This document shows positions 36,114-46,613 of a DNA stretch of 64,000 nt, one piece after another. The position numbers and the translations under genes were made by a program. The stretch is taken from NCBI GenBank assembly GCA_049431025.1, contig JBMTCP010000002.1, positions 33,323 through 97,322 on the forward strand, given 5' to 3'. The notes below the pieces were generated by a model. That model made no database searches. It was not told the origin of the DNA and saw only the letters and a program-made list of their open reading frames with translations. Positions within the stretch are counted from its first letter, which is position 1. Every line of letters begins with the position of its first letter. This DNA comes from Bacteroidia bacterium. Lineage in GTDB: Bacteria; Bacteroidota; Bacteroidia; UBA7662.

Positions 36114-36485
36114 ATGTACACTTTCATTACCCTCCTCGTCGTCTTGGTAAGTATCCTCCTCATTCTTTTGGTTTTGATACAAAAACCCAAAGGCGGTGGC
36201 TTAGCCCAAGGTTTTTCTTCCACCAACCAAATTATGGGCGTCAAGCGGACAGCAGACGTTGTGGAACGTGGTACCTGGATCCTCAGCCTTAGTCTTTTGA
36301 CGCTAGCGCTGTTGATTAACCTCTGGATTCCAAGAGGGGAGGAGGTTGAGGCCGGTGCCGCAACGCGCCTCGAAGAAAAAGTCCTGGAAGCACCTGCTAC
36401 GCCAGCTCCATCGGCAACACCTGGGGCGGTTGCTCCAGCAGGTAGCCAAAGTGCTGCACCTCAAACTGGCGACTCCGCCCAGTAA
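36114..36485 (+). CDS. secG: Preprotein translocase subunit SecG
   Basis: N-terminal TM helix followed by LIQKPKGGGL, a second TM helix, and an Ala/Pro-rich tail. Confidence 0.85.
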   Translation: MYTFITLLVVLVSILLILLVLIQKPKGGGLAQGFSSTNQIMGVKRTADVVERGTWILSLSLLTLALLINLWIPRGEEVEAGAATRLEEKVLEAPATPAPSATPGAVAPAGSQSAAPQTGDSAQ

Positions 36486-36512
36486 TTTCTGCCCGATTAG
36501 GTTTTCGGGGCC

Positions 36513-36526
36513 TTGGATTTATCCAA
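36513..36526. promoter_or_regulatory. Inverted repeat TTGGAT-TT-ATCCAA, with a third TTGGAT copy at 36534-36539
   Basis: Read directly from the sequence. It lies about 115-130 bp upstream of the candidate -24 element. Confidence 0.3.
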
Positions 36527-36570
36527 TCTACCCTTGGATTTTGGCATTTTGTCACAGGAATTGGTATTTC

Positions 36571-36589
36571 TTGTCAGTTAATCTGACAA
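36571..36589. promoter_or_regulatory. Perfect inverted repeat TTGTCAG-TTAAT-CTGACAA, with a related half-site TTGTCAC at 36549-36555
   Basis: Read directly from the sequence. It lies about 55-70 bp upstream of the candidate -24 element. Confidence 0.35.
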
Positions 36590-36640
36590 AATGAACATTG
36601 GAATCCGCTTTTTCATTGCTTCATTTAGTGTTTGAAGGCT

Positions 36641-36656
36641 TGGCATAAAGTTTGCT
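36641..36656 (+). promoter_or_regulatory. Candidate sigma-54 (-24/-12) promoter for groES-groEL
   Basis: TGGCATAAAGTTTGCT compared with the consensus TGGCAC-N5-TTGCW. The GG and GC dinucleotides have the canonical spacing. The element ends 30 nt before the groES ATG. Confidence 0.45.
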
Positions 36657-36686
36657 TTAGGAGGTTAAAACCTAAAAAACCTAAAC

Positions 36687-36965
36687 ATGTCAAGCAAAAT
36701 CACCCCGATTGCAGACCGAGTGCTGGTCGAGCCCTCGCCTGCCGAAGAAAAGACTGCTGGTGGAATCATCATTCCTGACACAGCCAAAGAAAAACCACAG
36801 CGCGGTACGGTCGTAGCTGTAGGTCAGGGCAAGAAGGACGAGCCCATGACAGTTAAAGCCGGTCAAACTATTTTGTACGGCAAATATTCCGGTACCGAAG
36901 TTCAAATCGAAGGCAAGGATTACCTGATTATGCGGGAATCCGATATCATGGCCATTCTGGGCTAA
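36687..36965 (+). CDS. groES: Co-chaperonin GroES
   Basis: 92 aa. [12 protein letters not shown]...[26 protein letters not shown]. Confidence 0.97.
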   Translation: MSSKITPIADRVLVEPSPAEEKTAGGIIIPDTAKEKPQRGTVVAVGQGKKDEPMTVKAGQTILYGKYSGTEVQIEGKDYLIMRESDIMAILG

Positions 36966-36997
36966 TTCCCACTTATCCTATCATTCTCAAAATTTAA

Positions 36998-38644
<1,647 letters not shown>

Positions 38645-38661
38645 CGATAGCCCAAGCACAG

Positions 38662-38688
38662 CCCCGACCCGAAAGGGTCGGGGTTTTT
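38662..38688 (+). terminator. Rho-independent terminator after groEL
   Basis: Stem CCCCGACCC/GGGTCGGGG with GAAA loop, followed by TTTTT. Confidence 0.75.
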
Positions 38689-38711
38689 GCTTTTTACGTC
38701 GTTTTGACCCG

Positions 38712-38719
38712 TAAATTTG
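38712..38719 (+). promoter_or_regulatory. Bacteroidota-type -7 promoter box (TAAATTTG) upstream of sdhC
   Basis: Exact TAnnTTTG match 15 nt before the ATG at 38734. Confidence 0.35.
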
Positions 38720-38733
38720 CATAAACCCCCGGT

Positions 38734-39429
38734 ATGAATCCCATCCAACGATTTTTGCTTTCTTCCAACGGCCGTAAGACGGTCATGGCCCTGACGGGTT
38801 TGTTCCTCATCCTGTTTTTGGTGGTGCATCTGGCAGGAAACCTGCAGCTTTTGGTCCCTGATCAGGGCCGGTCTTTTAACGAGTACTCTCATTTTATGAG
38901 CCATAGTTTGTTGATTCAAACGGTTTCTAAATTGAATTTTGCCTTCATCGTGCTTCATGTGTTGTACAGCCTGTGGTTAACCCGGCAAGCCACACAAGCC
39001 CGTCCCGTAGGGTACCAAGGGAAACCTGCTAAGGAAACGACCACCTGGTCGTCAAGGAATATGGGGATTTTGGGCACCCTAATCCTGATTTTTTTGTTGG
39101 TTCATTTGAAAGGGTTTTGGTACGAACTCAAATTCGGTGAGGTTCCTGTCGTGAACTACCCCGGTGCGGAGCAACCCCTGCACGATGCATACCGGGTTGT
39201 TTCCGAGGCCTATGCTAATCCTTATTACGCCTTGTTTTATGTTATTAGCATGGCCATTGTAGGCTTTCACCTGTACCATGGCTTTCAAAGCGCCTTTCAT
39301 ACGTTGGGCCTCAGCAATTACCGTTACAAACCTTTGATTAAATCGGTAGGCACCCTGTTTTCGTTAATCGTACCGGCATTGTTTGCTTTGATACCCGTGG
39401 TGATGTACTTGCAATCGCTAGGTTATTAA
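38734..39429 (+). CDS. sdhC: Succinate dehydrogenase/fumarate reductase cytochrome b subunit (b558 family)
   Basis: 231 aa with about five TM helices and conserved His residues. It sits immediately upstream of the flavoprotein and Fe-S subunits. Confidence 0.8.
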   Translation: MNPIQRFLLSSNGRKTVMALTGLFLILFLVVHLAGNLQLLVPDQGRSFNEYSHFMSHSLLIQTVSKLNFAFIVLHVLYSLWLTRQATQARPVGYQGKPAKETTTWSSRNMGILGTLILIFLLVHLKGFWYELKFGEVPVVNYPGAEQPLHDAYRVVSEAYANPYYALFYVISMAIVGFHLYHGFQSAFHTLGLSNYRYKPLIKSVGTLFSLIVPALFALIPVVMYLQSLGY

Positions 39430-39465
39430 GCGACGGCCTTTTTCTAAGCTCTTCAATTTGACCCC

Positions 39466-41403
39466 ATGAAATTGGATTCCAAAATTCCGTCCGGCACGCT
39501 TCAAGAACGTTGGACCCGTTATCGTTCTACTGTTCCCTTGGTTTCTCCTGCCAACAAGAGAAAGATGGAAATTATTGTGGTAGGGACTGGTTTGGCAGGT
39601 GCTTCGGCAGCGGCTTCTTTGGCTGAACTTGGTTACAAGGTCAAGGCTTTTTGTTTTCAGGATTCACCCCGCCGGGCTCACAGTATCGCAGCGCAGGGAG
39701 GGATCAATGCAGCCAAAAATTACCAAAACGACGGGGATTCCGTTTACCGGTTGTTCTACGATACGATCAAAGGTGGAGACTACCGCGCACGTGAAGCCAA
39801 TGTGCATCGCCTTGCCGAAGTCAGTGCTTCCATCATTGATCAATGCGTTGCGCAGGGTGTGCCTTTTGCAAGGGATTACGGCGGGATGTTGGATAACCGA
39901 TCCTTTGGTGGTACCCAGGTTTCCAGGACCTTTTATGCCAGGGGCCAAACGGGTCAGCAATTGTTATTGGGTGCCTATTCGGCATTGAACCGACAAATTG
40001 CCAAAAAGCAAGTGACCATGTACAGCCGCCATGAAATGGTGGAATTGGTTATGGTCGATGGTAAAGCGCGGGGGATCATCGCCAAAAATTTGGTCACCGG
40101 CGCCTTGGAAAGGCATTCCGCTCATGCGGTTGTTCTGGCTTCAGGCGGTTATGGTAACGTTTTTTATCTATCCACCAACGCGATGGGTTCCAACGTGACC
40201 GCAGCCTGGAAAGCTCATCGACACGGGGCCCTTTTTGGCAATCCTTGTTTCACCCAGATCCACCCCACATGCCTGCCCCAGTCAGGGGAATACCAATCCA
40301 AGCTAACCTTGATGTCGGAATCCCTGCGCAACGATGGGCGTGTATGGGTACCGGCCCTGGCCGATGATGCCAAGGCGGTTCGCGAAGGTCGACTTAAGGC
40401 TTCGGATATTCCCGAAGAACGTCGGGACTATTATTTGGAACGCAAGTATCCAGCTTTTGGTAATCTCGTTCCTCGCGATGTGGCCTCCAGAGCGGCCAAG
40501 GAGGTTTGCGATGCCGGCCACGGGGTTGCGCCTACGGGTTTGGCTGTTTTTCTGGACTTTGAAGATTCGATTCGCCGACTTGGAAAGGCAACCATTTCCG
40601 CTCGATACGGGAATCTCTTTGAGATGTACGAAAAAATTACCGGCGATAACCCCTACGAAACTCCCATGAAGATCTATCCTGCCGTGCATTACACGATGGG
40701 GGGGCTTTGGGTCGATTATGAATTGATGACCACGGTACCGGGTCTATATGCCATAGGCGAAGCTAATTTTTCGGACCATGGTGCAAACCGTTTAGGGGCC
40801 TCGGCTTTGATGCAAGGTTTGGCTGATGGATATTTTGTTCTGCCCTATACCATAGGGTCTTACCTCTCGGGTGAAATCCGACACTCCGCGCCTTCCACAG
40901 AGCATCCAGCCTTTGCTGAGGCCGAGACCAAAGCCTTGGCCTACCAACAGAAAATTTTGGATATTCAGGGTCGTCGTTCACCGGAGTCTTTCCACCGGGA
41001 ATTGGGCAAGATCATGTGGGAGTATTGCGGTATGGCCCGTAGCCGAGAAGGATTGACCCATGCCTTGGGGCTATTGGATCAACTTCACCAAGACTTTTGG
41101 TCGGATGTGAGGGTCGGAGGACAACGCGAATCCTTCAACCCTGAATTGGATAAAGCCCAACGCGTTGCCGACTTTATTGAACTGGGTCGCCTAATGGTCT
41201 GTGATGCCTTGGCCCGTGAAGAGTCCTGCGGTGGGCATTTTCGGGTGGAGCATCAAACCCCTGAAGGGGAGGCCTTAAGGCACGACGATACTTTTGCGTA
41301 TGTTTCGGCTTGGGAATATACCGGTGCTTTGAAAGAACCCATCATGCATCGAGAAGAATTGGTTTTTGAAGCAGCTCATCCTACCCAGCGTTCTTATAAA
41401 TAA
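39466..41403 (+). CDS. sdhA: Succinate dehydrogenase/fumarate reductase flavoprotein subunit
   Basis: 645 aa. FAD-binding [12 protein letters not shown] and the covalent-FAD His region [14 protein letters not shown]. Confidence 0.93.
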   Translation: MKLDSKIPSGTLQERWTRYRSTVPLVSPANKRKMEIIVVGTGLAGASAAASLAELGYKVKAFCFQDSPRRAHSIAAQGGINAAKNYQNDGDSVYRLFYDTIKGGDYRAREANVHRLAEVSASIIDQCVAQGVPFARDYGGMLDNRSFGGTQVSRTFYARGQTGQQLLLGAYSALNRQIAKKQVTMYSRHEMVELVMVDGKARGIIAKNLVTGALERHSAHAVVLASGGYGNVFYLSTNAMGSNVTAAWKAHRHGALFGNPCFTQIHPTCLPQSGEYQSKLTLMSESLRNDGRVWVPALADDAKAVREGRLKASDIPEERRDYYLERKYPAFGNLVPRDVASRAAKEVCDAGHGVAPTGLAVFLDFEDSIRRLGKATISARYGNLFEMYEKITGDNPYETPMKIYPAVHYTMGGLWVDYELMTTVPGLYAIGEANFSDHGANRLGASALMQGLADGYFVLPYTIGSYLSGEIRHSAPSTEHPAFAEAETKALAYQQKILDIQGRRSPESFHRELGKIMWEYCGMARSREGLTHALGLLDQLHQDFWSDVRVGGQRESFNPELDKAQRVADFIELGRLMVCDALAREESCGGHFRVEHQTPEGEALRHDDTFAYVSAWEYTGALKEPIMHREELVFEAAHPTQRSYK

Positions 41404-41427
41404 TTTTTAGCATTCGCCACCTTTGTT

Positions 41428-42219
41428 ATGGAACAACAATCGCTTAAGCTCCGACTCCAGGTATGGAGACAGGCTTCATCCCAAACGGCCGGTCAGTTTG
41501 AAACCTACGATTTACCTGCCGTACCGGTCCACGCCTCCTTTTTGGAAATGTTGGATTTGTTGAATGAACAGTTGATTACGCAAGGCCAAGAACCAGTGGC
41601 TTTTGATCACGATTGCCGTGAAGGCATTTGCGGGATGTGCAGTCTTTATATTAACGGTAGGGCCCACGGTCCTCAACAAGGAACGACGACCTGTCAATTG
41701 CATATGCGGCACTTCAAAGACGGGGAAACCATCACCATTGAACCCTTTAGGGCCAAGGCCTTTCCGGTGGTTCGGGATTTGGTGGTGAATCGTTCAGCCT
41801 TTGATCGAATTCAGCAAGCCGGTGGGTATATCACGGTGAATACCGGTAATGCCCCGGATGGTAATGCGGTTCCTATTCCCAAAACGGATGCGGACGAAGC
41901 CTTTGCTGCAGCGGCCTGCATCGGTTGCGGAGCCTGCGTTGCAGCTTGCAAAAACGCTTCGGCGATGCTCTTTGTTTCGGCGAAGGTTTCGCAGTATGCG
42001 CTGTTGCCTCAGGGGCAGCCGGAGCACAGGGAACGAGTGATGTCCATGGTTCAAGCAATGGATGATGAAGGTTTTGGGCATTGCACCAATACCGGAGCCT
42101 GCGAAGCTGAATGCCCCAAAGGAATTTCGGTTGAGAACATTGCGAGACTTAATCGCGCGTATTGGGGGGCTCAATTGAGCGGTGGACATGCCTCCGGTGG
42201 AGGTTCCTCCATGGCCTAA
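41428..42219 (+). CDS. sdhB: Succinate dehydrogenase/fumarate reductase iron-sulfur subunit
   Basis: Cys clusters [21 protein letters not shown] and [12 protein letters not shown]. Confidence 0.93.
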   Translation: MEQQSLKLRLQVWRQASSQTAGQFETYDLPAVPVHASFLEMLDLLNEQLITQGQEPVAFDHDCREGICGMCSLYINGRAHGPQQGTTTCQLHMRHFKDGETITIEPFRAKAFPVVRDLVVNRSAFDRIQQAGGYITVNTGNAPDGNAVPIPKTDADEAFAAAACIGCGACVAACKNASAMLFVSAKVSQYALLPQGQPEHRERVMSMVQAMDDEGFGHCTNTGACEAECPKGISVENIARLNRAYWGAQLSGGHASGGGSSMA

Positions 42220-42228
42220 GCTATTGGG

Positions 42229-42837
42229 GTGTTCACTGGAATTGTTGAGGCCAAGGCCAAATTGGTATCGCGCCTTCCGGAGGGTAGTAACCTGGTCTTG
42301 ACTTTGGAATCCCCATTGAGCGGGGAGCTAAAGATCGATCAGAGTTTAGCGCATCAGGGGGTTTGCCTCACGGTCGTGGACTGCGATGAGCATACGCATC
42401 GGGTGGTAGCCGTACAGGAGACCTTGGAGCGAACCAATTTGGGCGATTTACAACCCGGTCAATCGGTTAATTTGGAGCGTTGCCTCAAAGTCGGTGACCG
42501 CTTGGATGGGCATTGGGTCCAGGGCCATGTCGATGCAACCGGTACTTGCCTTGGGGTGGATGCCAGGGACGGTAGCTGGATTATGGAATTTGGATTTCCA
42601 GCTGAACATGCACCTCTCCTGGTGCCCAAGGGTTCGATAACCGTAAACGGAGTTTCTTTAACCGTGGTTGAGGTGAAGGACGACCGCTTTTCGGTTGCGA
42701 TTATTCCTTATACCTACAGCCATACCACCTTGGGTGAGTTGAACGTTGGTCAACGGGTCAACCTGGAATTTGATATTTTGGGTAAGTACTTTTTGAGGTC
42801 CTTTAAGACCGATTCGTTGGTTCCAAAAAGGTCATAA
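42229..42837 (+). CDS. ribE: Riboflavin synthase
   Basis: GTG start giving MFTGIVE. Two lumazine-binding repeats (GQSVNLER, GQRVNLEFD). Confidence 0.9.
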   Translation: MFTGIVEAKAKLVSRLPEGSNLVLTLESPLSGELKIDQSLAHQGVCLTVVDCDEHTHRVVAVQETLERTNLGDLQPGQSVNLERCLKVGDRLDGHWVQGHVDATGTCLGVDARDGSWIMEFGFPAEHAPLLVPKGSITVNGVSLTVVEVKDDRFSVAIIPYTYSHTTLGELNVGQRVNLEFDILGKYFLRSFKTDSLVPKRS

Positions 42838-43789
42838 TATCCCCACTTTCCTGGAAGGTTTGGAGGGGATGCACCCCGTGGGGTGCCAGGTATTGTTCCA
42901 GAACGGTCACGTATTCGCTGGGTGACCATGGTCTGTACGCCTCCTCACCTGCCAATTCTTGAGGGATTCGCATTTGGATATAGGTGGTTTCATCTTCATG
43001 GTCTCCAAACCCAATACCGTATTCGAATACCGGATTCAGTAAATGATTTCGGTAACACATTTGAGCAAAAATTTCATCGGCCTGCAAGGGATTCAATGGT
43101 CGGTGCCGGTAGGCCAGGAACTCGTCTTCAAAAAAGGCCATATGGGCACCGTTATCACCTAAGCTTGCCAAAATGAGGGATTCGCCTATCCGAAGGCTGA
43201 GGCTCTGGGTATTGGAGCTGGATTTGAAATCAAAGCCTTTGGTTCCCGGTTCCAGGGCAAGAATAAAAACTGAACCGGGATCGTAGCCCAGGTATTGCAC
43301 CGGAAAAACAGCTCCCTGAAGACTCAAATGAATCATCCGGTATCGGTTCAGGAAGGACGCATCTTGCCAGGCAGGGTGTTTTTCGTTGGTCTCGGACAAG
43401 GCTTGCATTTCAGCGTAAAGCACCCCAACGAACAGCCAACACATCCATTGATAGATTCTTTCGGTTTTGGTCCATCCCAGGGTATCCAAACCCGCCGCAA
43501 AAAGTTCAGGGCATTTTCGGGCCACATCATCAAGGCCACCTTGCCAGCATGCGGGGTGAACCGGCAATCGGAGATCGCGGTAGGCCAAGGATGTTCCACC
43601 CACCAAGTTTAGTTGACCACCTTTGGGTAATCGATCCAGCCAAGATGAAGGAAATACGGTTCGGAAATCGGTCGTTGGGTCGGTGGGTAACCCGGTTAGA
43701 ATACACCGTGTACCATCAAAGGGGTACCCGGATTCCCAGGGATTGAACCGGACCAATGTTCCTGGATCAGCGGGGAAGGAAGGGATCAT
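42803..43789 (-). CDS. Hypothetical cytoplasmic protein, no recognisable domain
   Basis: 328-aa ORF with an ATG start and no signal peptide or TM helix. It is much longer than any competing ORF in this interval. It overlaps the ribE 3' end (35 bp, convergent) and the purB 3' end (23 bp, same strand). Confidence 0.6.
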   Translation of the reverse strand: MIPSFPADPGTLVRFNPWESGYPFDGTRCILTGLPTDPTTDFRTVFPSSWLDRLPKGGQLNLVGGTSLAYRDLRLPVHPACWQGGLDDVARKCPELFAAGLDTLGWTKTERIYQWMCWLFVGVLYAEMQALSETNEKHPAWQDASFLNRYRMIHLSLQGAVFPVQYLGYDPGSVFILALEPGTKGFDFKSSSNTQSLSLRIGESLILASLGDNGAHMAFFEDEFLAYRHRPLNPLQADEIFAQMCYRNHLLNPVFEYGIGFGDHEDETTYIQMRIPQELAGEEAYRPWSPSEYVTVLEQYLAPHGVHPLQTFQESGDIMTFLEPTNRS

Positions 43790-45149
43790 CGGTGGATGGA
43801 ACGATTCCTAGGTACTTTTCGGGGGTTAATTCAAGGAGGCGCTGGGTGTCTTGTTCATTCAATCCCAAGGACAGCACAAAAGCATGAAGGCTATCGCGGG
43901 TCAAGGGTTTTCCTGTACGGGTCAGGTCTTTGAGTTTTTCGTAGGGGGTTTCCAAGCCTCGAGCCCGTAACAAGGTCTGAATTCCTTCGGCCAGGACGGC
44001 CCAATTTTCTTCCAAATCCTTGGCTATGGCTTGGGGATTGGGTTGAATTTTGGACAAGCCCTTGGAAAGGGATTTCAAGGCCAGTAGGGTATGGCCCAAA
44101 GGCACGCCCAGGTTACGCAGTACGGTGCTGTCGCTCAAATCCCGCTGAAGTCTGGAAACAGGAAGCTTCTCGGCCAAATGACCCAAAAGCGCGTTGGATA
44201 ATCCCAAATTACCTTCTGCATTTTCGAAATCAATCGGATTCACCTTGTGGGGCATGGCCGAGCTGCCGACCTGTCCGGCGCGGATTTCCTGGTGGAAATA
44301 ACCAAGGGCGATGTACTGCCAGATATCCCTGCATAAATCCAAAAGAATAACTTGGATGCGAATGATGTTATGACAAAAGGCAGACAAATAGTCGTAGTGC
44401 TCAATTTGGGTGGTGAAGCGATAACGGGTTAGTCCCAACGTTTGCTGAACAAAATGATCGGCAAAGGCTGGCCAATCGGTACCGGGCCAAACCCAATGAT
44501 GGGCATTGAAGTTGCCGGTTGCTCCTCCGAATTTGGCCCCTACAGGTACATTTCGGAGCATGGATAGTTGGCGCTCCAAACGCTCGACCCATACCATGAA
44601 TTCTTTGCCCAAGCGGGTCGGCGAAGCCGGTTGGCCGTGGGTTCTGGCCAACATCGGTTGGTCCAACCAGGCGAGAGCCATCGTTCTTAGCCGATTCACC
44701 ATCTCTTCCAAGGCGGGCAGTATCACGTTTTGAATAGCCTCCTTGAGCGAAAGGGGTACAGCGGTATGGTTGATGTCCTGCGAAGTCAACCCAAAATGAA
44801 CCCATTCCTGAAGATGTTTCGCATCAAGTTCTTCCAGACATCCCTTCATCCAGTATTCCATGGCTTTGATGTCGTGCAGGGTGGTTTCTTCGATTTCTTT
44901 GATTTTTTCGGCATCTTGCGGGCCAAAAGCCTCGAACCGCTGGTGAAGCCTGGCGCGAAGGGAGGGTTCAAGGACAGGACCACCTTCCAACTTGGCCTCG
45001 CAGAGGGCTTGCAAATACAGCCATTCCACACGGACACGGTATTTGAAGAGAGCCCACTCCGAAAAGTAGAGCCCCAATTCCTTGGTTTGTTGATGATACC
45101 GTCCATCAAGGGGCGATAAGGCGGTCAAGGATGAGAGGGGCGTGGACAT
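43767..45149 (-). CDS. purB: Adenylosuccinate lyase
   Basis: 460 aa. Fumarate-lyase signature GSSAMPHKVNP and N-terminal LSPLDGRY. Confidence 0.95.
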   Translation of the reverse strand: MSTPLSSLTALSPLDGRYHQQTKELGLYFSEWALFKYRVRVEWLYLQALCEAKLEGGPVLEPSLRARLHQRFEAFGPQDAEKIKEIEETTLHDIKAMEYWMKGCLEELDAKHLQEWVHFGLTSQDINHTAVPLSLKEAIQNVILPALEEMVNRLRTMALAWLDQPMLARTHGQPASPTRLGKEFMVWVERLERQLSMLRNVPVGAKFGGATGNFNAHHWVWPGTDWPAFADHFVQQTLGLTRYRFTTQIEHYDYLSAFCHNIIRIQVILLDLCRDIWQYIALGYFHQEIRAGQVGSSAMPHKVNPIDFENAEGNLGLSNALLGHLAEKLPVSRLQRDLSDSTVLRNLGVPLGHTLLALKSLSKGLSKIQPNPQAIAKDLEENWAVLAEGIQTLLRARGLETPYEKLKDLTRTGKPLTRDSLHAFVLSLGLNEQDTQRLLELTPEKYLGIVPSTDDPFLPR

Positions 45150-45168
45150 GGGGGACGTCTATTCAGAA

Positions 45169-45176
45169 TAACTTTG
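45169..45176 (+). promoter_or_regulatory. Bacteroidota-type -7 promoter box (TAACTTTG) for the DUF4294 gene
   Basis: Exact TAnnTTTG match 35 nt before the ATG at 45211. Confidence 0.35.
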
Positions 45177-45184
45177 CAAAAATA
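45177..45184 (-). promoter_or_regulatory. Bacteroidota-type -7 promoter box (TATTTTTG) for purB
   Basis: Exact TAnnTTTG on the minus strand, directly abutting the plus-strand box, 28 nt upstream of the purB ATG. Confidence 0.35.
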
Positions 45185-45210
45185 GCGTTCTGCACCAAAA
45201 AACTCGGACC

Positions 45211-45879
45211 ATGACCCGGTTTAATCGCCTCGATTACCTCTTGACCCCTGGTCAAGGCCTGCTCGTGGTTTTATTCTGGGCTGGACTTTTGGCTCATAAC
45301 TCGGTAAACGCTCAAACTCCGTCCGCGGGACGGCCTATGGAATTACCGGCCTACATTGACAGCAACGGGGATACCGTGCCCGTAGCTTTTTTGCCCCATA
45401 TCGAGGTCCGCGATCGTCGAATTTTTCGATCTGCGGCCGACAAAAAACGATTTGATCGCTTGTATTGGAATGTTATGAAGGTTTATCCCTTGGCCAAAGC
45501 GGCAGGTAAACAACTTAATGAGCTGGAATTGGAACTCCAAACCCTACCTGCGCACCAACATCGGGGCCATTGCAAAAAGCTGGAAGCTTCCCTCAAAAAG
45601 CAATACAAAAAGCAATTGATGGACTTAACCGTAAGCCAGGGCCGAATATTAATCAAATTGGTGGATAGGGAAACTGCCCGGACCTCCTATTCCATTGTAC
45701 GGGAATTTCGGGGGTCCTTCCAGGCTTTTATGTGGCAAAGTTTGGCTGTGTTGTTTGGCAGCAGCCTCAAGTCCACCTACGAATTGCAAGAAGACAGGGA
45801 TATTGAACTGGTTCTCATGATGATCGAAGGCCAGTCTTATTCCGTTCCGTACAAATTTCAAAAACCCTCCAAACCATGA
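45211..45879 (+). CDS. DUF4294-like secreted protein
   Basis: Signal peptide. VYPLAKAAGKQLNELE...LTVSQGRILIKLVDRETARTSYSIVREFRGSFQAFMWQ matches my recollection of the DUF4294 core. Confidence 0.65.
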   Translation: MTRFNRLDYLLTPGQGLLVVLFWAGLLAHNSVNAQTPSAGRPMELPAYIDSNGDTVPVAFLPHIEVRDRRIFRSAADKKRFDRLYWNVMKVYPLAKAAGKQLNELELELQTLPAHQHRGHCKKLEASLKKQYKKQLMDLTVSQGRILIKLVDRETARTSYSIVREFRGSFQAFMWQSLAVLFGSSLKSTYELQEDRDIELVLMMIEGQSYSVPYKFQKPSKP

Positions 45880-46613
45880 CCCTACCTAATACTCATCCGG
45901 CTTGTGATTGGCTGGTTTTTGCTGCACACCCCGATGACGCGGAGTTGGGAATGGGCGGTACCCTGCTCAAAGCCAAAAATCGTGGTTTTGAGGTGGTTGT
46001 GGTGGATTGGACCCGGGGTGAACTGGGCACCCGCGGAAACGCCGAAACCCGGGCATTGGAGGCTCAGGCCGCTTCCCAACTCATGGGCCTTCGTGAGCGC
46101 TTGAATTTGGACTTGGGGGACGGGTATTTTGAAGGTACCCCCGAGGTTTTGCATGCTCTGGTGCGTTGTTTACGACGTTTTAGGCCTCGCGTTGTTTGGG
46201 GTAACGCCATCTCCGATCGCCACCCGGACCATGGAAGGGCCGCTTCGTTGTTGAGCAGAGCGGTCTTTTTGAGCGGCCTTCCCAAGGTCCATACGGAATG
46301 GGAGGGACAAGTTCAGGATCCTTGGTCCACGCCTTTGCTAATGCATTACATTCAGGATCATTACCATACCCCAAACTATGTGACCGATATCTCGGAATTT
46401 TGGGAAGCCAAAACGGAACTTTTGGCTTGTTATGCCTCTCAATTTCATCGTGAGGGTTCAAACGAACCGGTAACACCCATTGCTCGTCCGGATTTTTTGC
46501 CCTTTGTGGAGGCCAGAGCCCGGGAAATGGGACGCCTTGTTGGGGTTGAAAAGGGGGAGGGATTTGTGCTCTCACGACCCCTGACCCATCGCGACACGCC
46601 CTATTTGCTCTAA
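45876..46613 (+). CDS. bshB1: Bacillithiol biosynthesis deacetylase BshB1 (LmbE/PIG-L family)
   Basis: AHPDDAELGMGGT zinc motif and HPDH. Its ATG overlaps the upstream stop as ATGA. Confidence 0.8.
   Translation: MTLPNTHPACDWLVFAAHPDDAELGMGGTLLKAKNRGFEVVVVDWTRGELGTRGNAETRALEAQAASQLMGLRERLNLDLGDGYFEGTPEVLHALVRCLRRFRPRVVWGNAISDRHPDHGRAASLLSRAVFLSGLPKVHTEWEGQVQDPWSTPLLMHYIQDHYHTPNYVTDISEFWEAKTELLACYASQFHREGSNEPVTPIARPDFLPFVEARAREMGRLVGVEKGEGFVLSRPLTHRDTPYLL

Noticed and set aside
36591-36635. 14-codon upstream ORF (MNIGIRFFIASFSV) ahead of groES as a possible leader peptide
   Set aside because: It lies upstream of the best promoter candidate, so it would probably not be on the groES transcript. 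There is no attenuator structure after it, and its size is compatible with chance.
36486-36686. CIRCE/HrcA operator or sigma-32-type promoter upstream of groES
   Set aside because: No TTAGCACTC-N9-GAGTGCTAA-like inverted repeat is present, and there is no CTTGAA...CCCCATNT-like pair. The palindromes that are present have different sequences.
42220-42228. FMN riboswitch upstream of ribE
   Set aside because: Only 9 bp separate the sdhB stop and the ribE GTG, so there is no room for an RFN element. ribE appears to be read through from sdhCAB.
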